Assembly: GCF_036365525.1 (NCBI RefSeq)
Contig: NC_090404.1
Span: 3,906,001 to 3,970,000, forward strand
Length of the DNA: 64,000 nt
From: Heterodontus francisci
Lineage: Eukaryota
Direction of reading: 5' to 3'
Below the pieces are notes generated by a model, which did no database searches, was not told the origin of the DNA, and saw only the letters and a list, made by a program, of their open reading frames with translations. Every line of letters begins with the position of its first letter. Position 1 is the first letter of the stretch. This document shows, in pieces, positions 37,367-49,362 of this stretch. Both the position numbers and the translations under genes were made by a program.

Positions 37367-38107
37367 TTTTGTTCCCCGGAGTCTGATGCCCCAGAGACTT
37401 TGAACTTTTCTAAAAGGCGAACTGGAATCGAACTCGCGACACCTCCCTAAAAGTTTGAAAAATAATATCTGTGCATTGGGTCTGTCTATCTGATCCTATT
37501 GGTCGCTCTCCCTCTTTCTTTGAAAAAGAGTGCAGAATAAATATGCTAGTCTGAATAAAATAGGAGGTAAAACGACCACAATGTGCCACGAGTGAAACTG
37601 TCCTTCGCACTGAGACAAAGGCGGCGGTTATAAATCAGCAAGCTAAAATTGCACGGTTGGATCCTAACTTCACTTTTAATTGATGCATTAACGTCACGGT
37701 GCCTTTTGCTCCATCGCACCGGAAGTGCTGACCCATTTATAGGAAGTGAGTTAACCCCCTCGGTGATACAGTGGAGAAAGGAATTTTATATCTAGATTTT
37801 AAACATCATTACCTAGGCTCTAATTTGGTAATTCAAATGTCCTTGAGGTGATCCGGCTAATGGTATATGGGTACTAGTGAAATAGTCATAGCGATCTGAA
37901 ATTCTCCACCAGAGATGGACTCAGCGCTTCAATACACTTAGAGGAGCTTCACGTCTCTGAAACACTGGCTGTGAACGGAACAAGGAGAGACTTCCGACCT
38001 ACCGGCCATGTCAGTAGGAGGATGGAGAAAGGAGAAAGTTTGTAATGCTCCAGCATCGTGCAATATCCTAACATGGTGAATAATATTTAAAATAATAATA
38101 AGAGACG

Positions 38108-39305
38108 AAAGATGTGCATTTATATAACGCATTTCACTGCCTCGCGACGTTCCAAAGATCCTTACAACGACTGAGTTGCAGTCACTGTTATAATGTAGGA
38201 AACACAATAGGCAATTTGCACATAACAAGATCCCACAAACAACAATGTGATAAATCATAGAAACATAAACCGTTTATGGCACAGAAGGAGGCCACTTGGC
38301 CCATCTTGTCTGCGCCACCGAAAGAAAGAGCTACCCAGCCTAATCCTACATTCCAGCATTTGGTCCATAGCCCGACAGGTTACGACACTTGAGGTACATA
38401 TCCAGACACCTTTTAAATGACTTGAGGTTTTTTCCTCTACTAGCCTTTCAGGCAGTGAGTTCCAGACCCTCAGCACCCTCTGGGTGAAATTTATTTTTCC
38501 CTCGTCTTCTCTCTGATCCTTCTGCCAATCACTTTAAATCTGCGCCTCCGAGTCACTGACCTCTCTGCGAAGGTGAATAGGCCCTTCACATCCACTCTTT
38601 CAAGGTCCCTCACAATTTTAGTCATGGTAATAGATGTACAGCACTGAAACTGGCCCTTCGACCCACCGAGTCTGTGCCGACCATCAACCATCCATTTATA
38701 CTAATCCGACATTAATCCCATATTCCCTACCACATCCCCACCTTCCCTCAATTCTCCTACCAACTGCCTACACTAGGGGCAATTTACAATGGCCTATTTA
38801 CCTATAAACCTGGAAGTCTTTGTCTTTTATTTTGTACATCTCAATCAAATATCCCCTGAACCTCCTCTGTTCCAAGAAGAACAACCCCAGCTATCCAATC
38901 TTTCCTCATAGCTGCATTTTTCCAGTCCTGGCAACATCCTCATAAATCGGCTCTGTACCTTCTCCAGTGCAATTACATCCTTTCTGTAATTAGGTGACCA
39001 GAAATGCACACAGTACTCAAGTTGGGGCCTGTTGGTGACCAAATGATTCGTTATTTTAGTAATGTTGCATGAGATATAAATATTGGACAGGGCACCAGAA
39101 AGAACATTCCTGAACGTCTTCCAAATTGTCCCTTGGATCTATTATCCCCACCTGAGAGGTCAGACGGTCTTATCTGAAATACGGCATTTCCAACGGTGCA
39201 GTAGACCCTCAGTATCGGCTGCTTAGATTTTGGGCTCAAGTCTAAGAACTGGGGCTTGAACCCATCTGACTCAGTGGTGCGAGAGCTACCACTGAACCAT
39301 GTGGC
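38108..39305 (-). mobile_element. SacSINE1-like DeuSINE split by a CR1 3' fragment (38256-39030), which itself contains an HE1-like SINE piece (38632-38822)
   Basis: tRNA head at ~39240-39305; Deu-like domain ctctcaggtgg...ccaatatttatatctca; 3' part tgtgggatct..tgtgcaaattg...tataaatgca resumes at 38108-38256. Confidence 0.75.
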
Positions 39306-39324
39306 TGAATGACACTAATATGGG

Positions 39325-39690
39325 TACAGTGGCATCGTATTTATGTTAGAGGCCTCGACGAATTATCTAAAGACATGGGATCAAATCTGACCCTAGCAGC
39401 TGGGGAATTTAAATTCATTGAATTAAATAAATATGGAATAAAAACACTATGATGACCATGAAATTACCAATCTGTCTTAAAACTCATCTGGTTCGCTAAT
39501 ACTTTTTAGAGGGCAAAATCTTCCAGCCTGACCCGATCTGGCCTATATGTGACTGCGGACCCAGAGAAATATGGTTGACTACTAACTGCCCTCTGAAATG
39601 CTCTCGGAAGCCACTCAGTTGTCTTAATGGAAATTAGGGATAGGCAATAAATGCTGGCCTTACCAGTGCCACCCACATCTAGTGAATACA
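39325..39690 (+). mobile_element. tRNA-derived SINE with LINE-type tail (same family as 62380-62765)
   Basis: gggatcaaatc B-box-like; tail ggcaataaatgctggcc. Confidence 0.65.
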
Positions 39691-39869
39691 TTAAGAAGTA
39701 GAGAAAAGCAGAATTTTCGCGGCAATAATGGTACAGACAGCAACAGCACTTGCACAAAATCTCCAGTGGGCGACTCAATCAATAACAACTGTACAACTGT
39801 CTATGTGACAGGTAAATGCTTTCATATGGATCACAATCAACATGAGGGCTACAAAGAGTAACGTGTATA

Positions 39870-40305
39870 AAAATGCAAGGAATACACCAGAATGAATGGA
39901 TTATAACCATCAGGAAAGGCTGAACAGGTTGGGATCTTTTCTCTATGAAACGACAGTTGACACAATGGAGGTCTTTAAAATAATGAAGGATTCCAATAGT
40001 TTGGACATAAGATATGAGTTTCTGCTCGTGAGCGAGTCCAAAACTAGAAGCCATTAAACATACGATGGTCACTAATAAATCCACCGATGGATTAAGGAGA
40101 AACATCTCTACCCAGCGGGTGGTAGAATATGAAACTTGATATACATGGATTGGTTGAGACAAACATCGCAGATTCATTTAAGGGGGAAAAGGATAAGCCG
40201 ACGGTGTTAGATGAATTAAGACTGGGAGGAGGCTCGTGACGAGCATAAGCACCAGCATAAACCAGTGAGCTGAATGACCTGTTTCTATACTGTAAATTCC
40301 ATGGG
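39870..40305 (+). mobile_element. Degraded CR1 3' end
   Basis: Y.ERLNRLG.FS.. remnant and gctgaatgacctgtttct tail. Confidence 0.6.
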
Positions 40306-40440
40306 ATATAATTTGACCAATTGCGGTGGGAGGCAATGATGCAAGTAAATGCTCATTATCTAACCTAACGGGCACCTGTATTGTTAAGAATAATGCCAAG
40401 GTTGATCGCTATAAAGCCAGGAGCGCCCCTCCCGAGGTCA

Positions 40441-40910
40441 GGTTTTTGTACAGCTGTTCAGCTCATTGCTGTCACAGTGAGTGTCTGGATTACGCAGTAA
40501 TAGACCGCGGAATCCGACACCTCCGTTCTTCTGAAAGCGAAATAGCCTCTCTTTTCGATGGTTTCAAACACGATCTCCAATCGTCCGACCACATCTTTGC
40601 CGCTCATTGTGCTGGTCATGACCCACTCCAACCGCCCATTCGGGCTCTCCTTGTACCAGTGGAAGGCGGATATTTCCAAGGTGGTGTAGCTGCAATCGAA
40701 CTGCGCAGGGTCTCCCGGCTGGACAGTTTTGGAAACCGACGACTGCAACACTTCATCGGCAAGGCAACCGCCTGGGAGAACATGGGGAAAATCGTTAATA
40801 ATGCAGTTACGATTATTGATAGAATTACAATAAATAGGTCGGTCTCTAGTCACTCAAGCAAATAACAAATCAACAGCAGTTAATATGCAGACACATAATA
40901 GATTGCACAT
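40441..40910 (-). CDS. TCR V segment with open V exon (40480-40771), consensus-nonamer 23-RSS and doubtful leader splice
   Basis: DEVLQSSVSKTVQPGDPAQFDCSY..FHWYKESPNGRLEWV..DSAVYYCVIQT; CACTGTG-23-ACAAAAACC at 40441-40479; leader MCNLLCVCILTAVDLLFA runs into TGA with no in-phase GT donor. Confidence 0.82.
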
Positions 40911-42894
40911 GCTCCGGAAGCCAGTTATCCACTGAATATTTGAGGTATAATTACAGCATCTTGTCACGCATTGTTTCAACACCGTCTCTCTGGAGGACAC
41001 ACAGTCATTCCCTTTCCCTACCCATAGAACACAGGCCTCTGACCCTCTGAAACATCCATCCACTGTAAGACAACTACCTCGTCTCATCGCCCACCCACTG
41101 GAAGATCTATCCATTTTAGAAACCATTGAAAACAAAAGACAGAAAGAAAGGAAAACAGAAAGAGAGAAAAAATGCAAGGAAGAGAAAGAAAGGAAAGGAG
41201 AAAGTGAGCGGGAAAAACAGAGAAAAAGAATGAAAGAAAGGAAGAAGTCAGTTGACCAGATGCTTAATGTATCTTTTAAAATAGCTGTCAACATAATTTT
41301 ACTCCACTTCTTTTAACGCCCTCCTTTAATTTCTTGTAGGATAACCGAGGGCGATTTCCTCTGGTCAATATCATTAGTTTAGGAGATAATAACCAGAACA
41401 GGAAGATTGACTCCTATCACTTTTTTCCAATGACGCCTTTTCATTTTAAATTAGAACGAACATTTCTGTAACAGAAATAAGTAAAGTAGGAACTTGGCAC
41501 AGACGACAATGTTAAAGTAGTTAATTGTAAAACCACTTTGGGACGTTCCGTCTACTTGATTTCTTTCACGTGTTTGTGTTTTGGGGGTGGGACAACAGTA
41601 ACTGTTACCCAGTCTATGGAGGCTTTGCTGATACAATGAGATACAATGAGAGTGGCTACTCCCCTGTACCGTAATCCATTGCAGACTAATAGATTCTACC
41701 ATCGGCTAACTCTGGCTAGTCGATGCCGAGTCTGCTCAGACTTTGATCTGGTCCGTATGGATCTTAAACCGGACATCGTGGCGCTCTGCTTTGAATCCAC
41801 ATTTGTTTTATAAAGCTATGTGATTGGAATGATACGTAGAATACTCACAGGAGACGAACAGAACGAATACATGCATGGCACCCATGGCTGTTCCTTTTAT
41901 TAATGATTAGTGCAGGTAGGTTGTGTTTCTCTAGTTAAGCTGGTTATGGATATTTTGGAGGCGTCAACCCGCTGGTACGCATGCGCAAATGCAGATCCGA
42001 AGACACCGCCTCTTACCAGATGCATAGCGACCATACAGAAAGGGGAGGGGAGGAGAAGCTTTCTGAAATAGGCAAGTGCACAAGGTTTGTATCAATATGA
42101 AATATTTCTTTGTATAATTTTCGGCTGCTGCAGAGAATAAACAATATTGTTTTTCAAAATCAAATGAAATAGATTTCGCATGTTTACGGAAACTAGATGG
42201 AGAAATTTCACCTCTTCTGTAGCTTCTTGTTTTTTTTTTATTGCAGTCTCTTGCCGCAGAGAGCATTTATATGTGGCTGTAGTTTATGGTCATTCTCTGT
42301 CTGATATTTGAAATGTTGTTCTGTTCATATGGTTTATTGTTGCAGATCACCGCTGCAATGCTGAAAATTTGCATAAATCTTATGAGATGCGGGTCATATG
42401 AACCTAATCCACGGTAGATGGCTGGAGGACTTCGATTTGCGAGATAGGAACAATATTAAAAGGGGCAACAATCAAGATGGAAAAGACAGGAAGGAGATGG
42501 CGAAGCAGAGAAGCTAAGGCAGGAATTCCCAGAGGGTAGAAGAAGGTGCCTGAAGGGACATGCCAGCAAGAATGGTCTGTGCTTAACATGTGGGTTGCTG
42601 CTGAAGACCTGAAGCAGTAGGCAGAACCTTAGAGCTGAATAAATGATAATGAGTTGTTGCCAAGGAACAATTCACCGATGAGTGGCAGTGCAGAGGTGGA
42701 AGTCGTAGCCGATTCATGTGCTTCAGGAGTGGGAGTTAGGAAGAAAAAGTGAAAAGATCTATTGCCTTTTGACTGGAAAAGAGGCGTCTGAGAGATAATG
42801 TTTCAGAAATCTATAATAAATTAAACGTTGTGGAAAGGGTTAATCCAGAATACTACTTTTAATTAAGTAGAGGATGTAATGCAAGTGAAAACAG

Positions 42895-43135
42895 ATTCAA
42901 CTAGCAAAAGTAGGAACAAACTGAGCAAACTAAAATAAAATAAACGCAAAAAAAAGAAAAAAGAAAAAAAAATATAACGAAAGATAAAAGCAAAATGGTG
43001 GGGGGTGGGGGGCCGTCATGCTCTGAAATTATTAAACTCAATTTTTGGTCCAGCAGGCTGTAGTGTGGTAATTGGTAAATGAGATGCTGTTCCTCGAGCT
43101 TGCATTGATGTTCACTAGAACACTGCAGCAATCCT
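42895..43135 (-). mobile_element. Penelope-like element fragment (GIY-YIG endonuclease C-terminus)
   Basis: LQCSSEHQCKLEEQHLI..LQP....EFNNFRA* across a frameshift; typical PLE ORF end. Confidence 0.65.
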
Positions 43136-43339
43136 ACAATTCAGCGTCATCGCTTCTCCTTCCCGCACCATCCGCGTCGAATAGTCTTGATGCACAGAAT
43201 CGCCGCCAACGCTGCCGGCTGTAAGAGAAATTAAACATTTACAAATATCCGCCACAATAACTAGACCTGTTCGTGTTTATTTGTACATAAATTCCACATG
43301 TACTTACACAGCACAGAGAGGGCTAAAGCCACGATGAAA

Positions 43340-43412
43340 TAAACATGGAAACGTATTATTGCCCGTGGGTCACCGTATAAACCTCGAACTCTTTTCTACT
43401 GTGACAAAAACT
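43340..43412 (+). pseudogene. Possible highly degraded V 3' end
   Basis: ATGGAAACGTATTATTGC (METYYC), CACCGTA, then ACAAAAACT, but spacer is 26 bp. Confidence 0.3.
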
Positions 43413-43814
43413 ACTATCAGCACCGCAGTAGGCTGCACTATTTAGCCCTGTGTGCAGCCATGCCATATCCGTTTGTGACAATGTCACATCATCAGGGAAC
43501 AGGAAGAATTGTCGTGGTCGCTGTGTGTGCAGCAACATCAGAAATGTTTCAATGAAGAGTCTTCTGATCAGCAGTTCCAACGATATTGCAAACTCTTTAT
43601 AGTTCTTTTTAACAATGTAATCACCAAGAACTATTTAATAAGTTTAGAGAGAACCCAGAGGAATCCGTCGTGGAAGGATTTGTGATTCACACTATTCAGT
43701 AAGGAGGGAAATTATCCCCCTCCCTTAGTTATTTCGTTCGTTGCAGGTAGCAGTGACATTTGACATAGACAGTACTGGGCTACCCTTACCCTTAGCTACC
43801 CTGGGCTACCCTTT

Positions 43815-44157
43815 GGGGCGGCACAGTGGCGCAGTGGTTAGCACCGCAGCCTCACAGCTCCAGCGACCCAGGTTCAATTCTGGGTACTGCCTGCATGGAG
43901 TTTGCAAGTTCTCCCTGTGACCGCGTGGGTTTCCTCCGGGTGCTCCGGTTTCCTCCCACAAGCCAAAGACTTGCAGGTTGATAGGTAAATTGGCCATTAT
44001 AAATTGATCCTAGTATAGGTAGGTGGTGAGGGAATACAGGAACATGTGAGGATGTGGTAGGAATATGGGATTAGTGTAGGATTAGTATAAATGGGTGGTT
44101 AATGGTCGGCACAGGCTCGGTGGGCCGAAGGGCCTGTTTCAGTGCTGTATCTCTAAA
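43815..44157 (+). mobile_element. Full-length HE1-like V-SINE
   Basis: gggcggcacagtggcgcagtggttagcac..ggttcaattc..gggccgaagggcctgtttcagtgctgtatctctaa. Confidence 0.92.
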
Positions 44158-44399
44158 TGTTACCCGGGGGACAGCAAATGATTTATAATCGCAAGTAACG
44201 ACCAAGAGTCTACGTAAAATCGCTCCGGGGTCACAATTGGCCAGAGAGTGAATGATGCCAGTTTTCCTCGGTCAATGTCGCCTCCTAGGCTCTCTTTAAT
44301 TTCCCTTCTGAACTCATTTCATAGAATCCCACGGCAATGGAGGAGGCCATTCGGTCCACCATGTCCTTGCCGTCATTTTCCCTCATGGACTACCTTGAG

Positions 44400-45320
44400 A
44401 GTAGGAGCAGTTGGCTAGAGGAGGTCAATGCCCAGCGTCTGAGCTTGTGGACCTGGCAGCAATGCCGCAAGATATGCGCTGACCTCAGGGTGGTGGTCAA
44501 GATCAGTGAATACAACTTCACATGATCTCTTCTACCCAAACACCAGCAACCTATCATTCTTTTCAGTGTTCCACAACACCATCATACGCCCAGCTACAGG
44601 CACTCATGCCTAACATCCACATAACCCACCTCACCCTCACACACCTACTTCTGCTTCCAGCCACAGACCCACCTCTCTGCCTCCACATACCTCCCTCTAT
44701 TCAGCTATGACAAGAACATCACCCAAACATAGTGGTACAAGATCACTTGCATTCTGCCCTCTCTCTTGCAGGACAAGGTGTCCCACAATAGAATGGAGCC
44801 GAGCAGAACTTGCGGGACCAAGGAGGCCTGCATCTCCTGAGTCCTATGGAGGAGATTGCTTTCGGCATCCTGGTGTCGGCAGTGACAGAGCTCGTGTCAC
44901 TTGGCGTCGCAGGGAACACTGAGGATGGTAGAATGTTCCTGCTTTATTACCCTTCTGAACTCTTTGACGACTATCATCCTGCCCTCTGGCATGATTTACA
45001 AGCTACAGATGGTGAGATCATAGATCATTGTTTGCCATCTCATTCCATTTCCCTTGTCCTAACCTTCCCTTTCAGATCTTTCTTCTTTCAAGCACCCTGC
45101 AACTGTCGCCTGTCCAGCCTCAGCATCCCAAGGCGAAAGCAATAGAGACAGAGAGAGACAGAGCAACAACATACCGCTGATGAAGAGCACCCTGTCACTT
45201 GATCCGACATTCGTAGCCATTAGCTCATATAATGGCACTGCACGTATCTTGGAGGCCATTACAGGTTGGAATCATCACGCAGTGAATCATACAGGCATGA
45301 TTGTGCTGCAGTCAGGCCAG
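44400..45320 (+). mobile_element. Harbinger/PIF-like transposon Myb/SANT gene remnant
   Basis: EEVNAQ...TWQQCRKICADL, then intron-like DNA and an exon beginning DKVSHN.. and reaching ..LLSPMEE. Confidence 0.5.
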
Positions 45321-47661
45321 GAGAAAAGGATGAATTAAAAACAGAAAGGTCACAGACCTGAAACGTTAACTCTGTTAATAAGCGTTAAGTATTTATTTTA
45401 TTTTTAATGAATTTTAAATAACGTTTATTATTATTGGTGAGGTTGTTACTACTATTGGTAGCATTTTAGTATTGGTAGAGTATATTAATAGTGGTAAGGT
45501 AGATTCGTTTTGGTAAAGTTTGGTATCAGCAGTAATAAGATTATTATTACTATTGGTAAAGTTTATTGCGACTGGTAGGGCTATTAGTTTAGTAATAGGG
45601 TTTATCTGCATCAGGATTTAGTTGTAGTACCAAGCTTACTGTCCAATAGGTAAAGGAATGACATGGCTGCTTCAGCCTCTGCAGTGCACATCCTTTGCTA
45701 TGTGGGAACTCCAGGATGCTTCTGGGGTCGTGGATAACCGCATGTCCTGCAAGTATCATCAGTTGCAACAGCTTGAGCTTCGGGTTTCTGCACTTGAGCA
45801 GCAGCTGGCAACACTGCGATGCATTCGGGCAAGGATTACAGCTTCGTGGATCTAACGTTAATTGATGTAGTCACCCCACAGCTGAAGAGTATGCAGGGAG
45901 AGAGGCAATAGGTGGTTACAGACAGTCAAGAAGAAAACAGGCAGGTAGTGCAGGAGACCCCTCAGTGTGTCTCACTTTCCAACAGGTATTCAGTATTGCA
46001 TACTGAGGAAGGTAATAGTTCGTCTGGGGAGTGCAGCCACAGCCAAGGCCATGGCACCATTTCTGGCTCATCTGCAGAGGGGTGTACAGGGACTGGAAGA
46101 GCGATAGTGATAGGAGATTCGATAATCAGACGATCAAGCAGGCGTTTCTGTGGCCGCAGACATGAGTCCAGGATGTTGTTTTGTCTCCCTGGAGCCAGGA
46201 TCTGGGATGTCACTGAACAACCGCAGAGCACTCCAGGGCGGGGGATAGGTGGGGTGAAGGGAGGGGGTGGGTGGCGGCGGAGAGTGAACAGCCAGCAGTC
46301 GTGTTTCACATTGGAACCAACAACATAGGTAGAGTGGGATGCGGTCCTGCAGAAAGAGTTTATTGAGCTAGGTAAGACATTGGCAATCAGGAACTCAAAA
46401 GTAGAAATCTCCAAATTACCCCCAGTGCCACACGCAAGTGAGTATAGAAATAGAAGGATAAGACAGATGAATGCGTGGCTGGAAAGTTGGTGCAGGAGAG
46501 ATGCTTTAGATTCTTGGGACATTGGGACGGGCTCTGGGAGAGATGGAACCTGTACAGGCCGGATGTGTTGCGCCTGAGCAAAGCCCGGACAGAGTTCCTT
46601 GCGGGAAGTTTTGTTAGTGCTGTTGGGAAGGGTTTGAACTAGTTTGGCAGGAGAATGGGGACCTGAAGGCAGACTCAGTTGGCACAAAACCAGAAATGAA
46701 AATGGAAGGCAGAAAATTAAAGGTTGAGACAGAAAGGCAGAGGAAACAAAGGTCAGAAAATAAAAAAGAGGGTTTGGCAGTGCTCAAGGGTATCTGCATC
46801 AATACAAACAGTAAAGCAAATAAAGCAAATAAAGGAGATGTGTTCATGGAGCAGATAGATCGTGGCAATATGATAACATAGCTATTACGGAACATGGCTT
46901 TAGGAAGGACAGAATGGCAGCTCAATATTCCTGGTTTCAGGGTTTTGAGACGCGAAATGGGGGGGGGGGGGGATAAAAAAGGAGGGCGAGTGGTAGCTTT
47001 GGTCAAAGAAACAATTACAGATGTGAGGGTTCATCAAATGAGGCCATATGGATTGAGCTAAGGACCAAAGAAGGGGCAAAGACAATGCTGGGAGCGTACG
47101 ACAGACCTCCAAACTGTCAGAGGGAGATAGAAGAGCAGATATGTAGACAAGTCTCTGAGAAGTACAAAACAATAGGGCAATAATAGTCGGGAATTTTGCT
47201 ACCCTAATATTAATTGGGATAGTTTTAGTGTGAAAGGAATTCAAGGAGCAGAATTCTTGAGGTGAATTCAGGAGATTTATTTTGGTCAGTATGTAACAAG
47301 TCCAACAAGACAGGGCACCGTTTAAAACTTTGTTTTAGGAAATGAAGCTAGGCAGGTGGAAGAAATGGCCGTGGTACAGCATTTTGGTGGTACTGATCAT
47401 AACTGAGTCAGTTCTAACATAATTATGGAAAAGGACAAGGATAGAAGAGGAGTTGGAGCTGTCCATTGGGGAAAGGCAAATTTTACTAAACTGAGAAGTG
47501 ATTGAATGAAAGTGGACTGTAATCGGGTACTTGAAGGTAAATCAGTGTCAGAGCAGTGGGAGGCATTCAAATGGGAGATTCAAGGGGTTCAGAGTAAACA
47601 TGCTCCCACAAAGAAAAAGGATTGGATGACCAAATCTGGAGCCCCATGGATGTCAAGGAGC

Positions 47662-48017
47662 TTACAGTATGAGAGGCATAGGTAGAGTGGACAGCCAGAG
47701 AATTTTCCCCAGGGCGGAAAGGGCTATCACCAAGGGGCATAATTTTAAGGTGATTGGAGGAAGGTTTATGGGAGATGTAAGAGGTAGGTTCGTTACACGG
47801 AGAGTGGTGGGTGCGTGGAATGCACTGCCAGCGGTGGTAGTAGAAGCAGATACATTAGGGACATTTAAGCGACTCTTGGATAGGTACATGGATGATAGTA
47901 GAATGAAGGGTATGTAGGTAGCTTGATCTTAGAGTAGGTTAAAGTTTCGGCACAACATCGTGGGGCGAAGGGCCTGTACTGTGCTGTACTGTTCGATGTT
48001 CTATGTCCTATGTTCTA
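47662..48017 (+). mobile_element. Young CR1 3' fragment nested in the old CR1; same subfamily as 9614-11630
   Basis: MRGIGRVDSQ..YMDDSRMKGM near-identical to the 9706 ORF; (ctatgtt)n tail. Confidence 0.92.
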
Positions 48018-48284
48018 TAAGTTAAGGCTGAACAGGAAAGCTTATGTCCAACACCAAGAACTCAATATTGCTGAAAGTCTAGAGGAGTACAAAAAGTGTA
48101 GGGGTGAAATCAAAAAAGAAATTAGTAAAGTTAAGAGCGGGCATGAAAGAATATTGGCAAGCAAAATCAAGCTGACCGCAGAGATGCTTAATTAATACAT
48201 TAAGAGTAAGAGGAGAACTAAGGAAAGAGTGGGACCTATAAAAGACCATAAAGGTAACTTCTGTGCAGGGGCAGAGATGTTAGT

Positions 48285-49362
48285 ATTGTTGTTTTCACAA
48301 GAGCTTTGTTTTTTTTATTGAAAGCTAACAGTACTGTGTGCTTTTAAAAACTGAGGAAAAGGATTTCAGTGAATATTGAATGCTGAAACATGGTGTTTGA
48401 ACTGTGTGCATAGATTTCAAGACCTGTTTCCAAGTAACTCGGAAGGTATATAATGTCAGGTGACTTGACTATGAAAGTTAGTTTCACTTTTGGATTGAGT
48501 TCAGCAGCTGCTAGAGACCTGCCAGAAAGACAGCCTAGAATGTCTTTCTCTTGAAAATAATTCCTGCATCAAGTGAAATTCTAATTCCCTCATGAAGATA
48601 AAAGAACTTTGAAGGAGTTGCAAATCAAATGTATGGGAGTTAAACCTTGTGCTGTGTCTGCCTGGAGAGAGGAAGCCATGTGTTTCAGGTGTGTCAGATT
48701 ACCGTTGCCTCAGATCTCTGTAAAAATTAAGCTTTGAATCTCTGCATCAAGTTGCCTCCTCTGTTTGAAGAAGTCCTGAATTGGCAGAAATCTGGCATTT
48801 TGAAGGGGCCTTTGTATTGAGTGTGAGGACTGACACCTATTGCTGCACTCCTAATGGAAAGCCGTGTATGACGCCTCCTGCAGACTAATTGCCTTGAACG
48901 CCTACCCATCACAGACCGTTCATTAATCTGGCCTGGAGAGACTTCAAATGCAATCTGATTCTGGGACACCTCACAGATCCGGAAATATCCTACCAGAGCA
49001 TGGCAACCAACTATTTTATTATTCCTAAGAAACCATTGTAAAATTAATACATCCTTTCCCCCGGTTAACAGGTTTTGAATGTATGTGTGTGTGCTTGCGT
49101 GCGTGCGTGCGTGCATGCGGGTTAGGAAAAATAAAAAGTTACAAAATCTTGTCATTATATATATTTTATTATTGTTTAAAACTTAGTTTGTTAATAACTA
49201 GTTAATTTTGTTGTTGTTTAAAGATATCTGGTTTGGTGTGTTTTATTCGGAGGGACAAATAGAGTGTTTAATTTGGCTATTTTCCAGTAGGTGGCAAACT
49301 TTACTAATATGCTGTGACCTGTGGAGTAGTGGGACTGAATTAACAGTGCATTACGCGCGATC
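48285..49362 (+). mobile_element. ~1.1-kb insertion in the old CR1, probably a solo-LTR remnant
   Basis: Interrupts CR1 between ..gcagagatgttag and cttaatgaatactttgc; non-coding; termini not resolved. Confidence 0.45.

Noticed and set aside
39724-39762. Orphan RSS-like AATAATG-23-ACAAAATCT on the plus strand
   Set aside because: Heptamer lacks CAC and there is no V exon upstream; may be chance
4530-43412. NAR-TCR, TAILV or IgH mini-cluster (V-D-J)
   Set aside because: No 12-RSS D or J segment, no FGxG/WGxG J motif, no IgNAR-like V and no CDR1-Cys supporting V recognised
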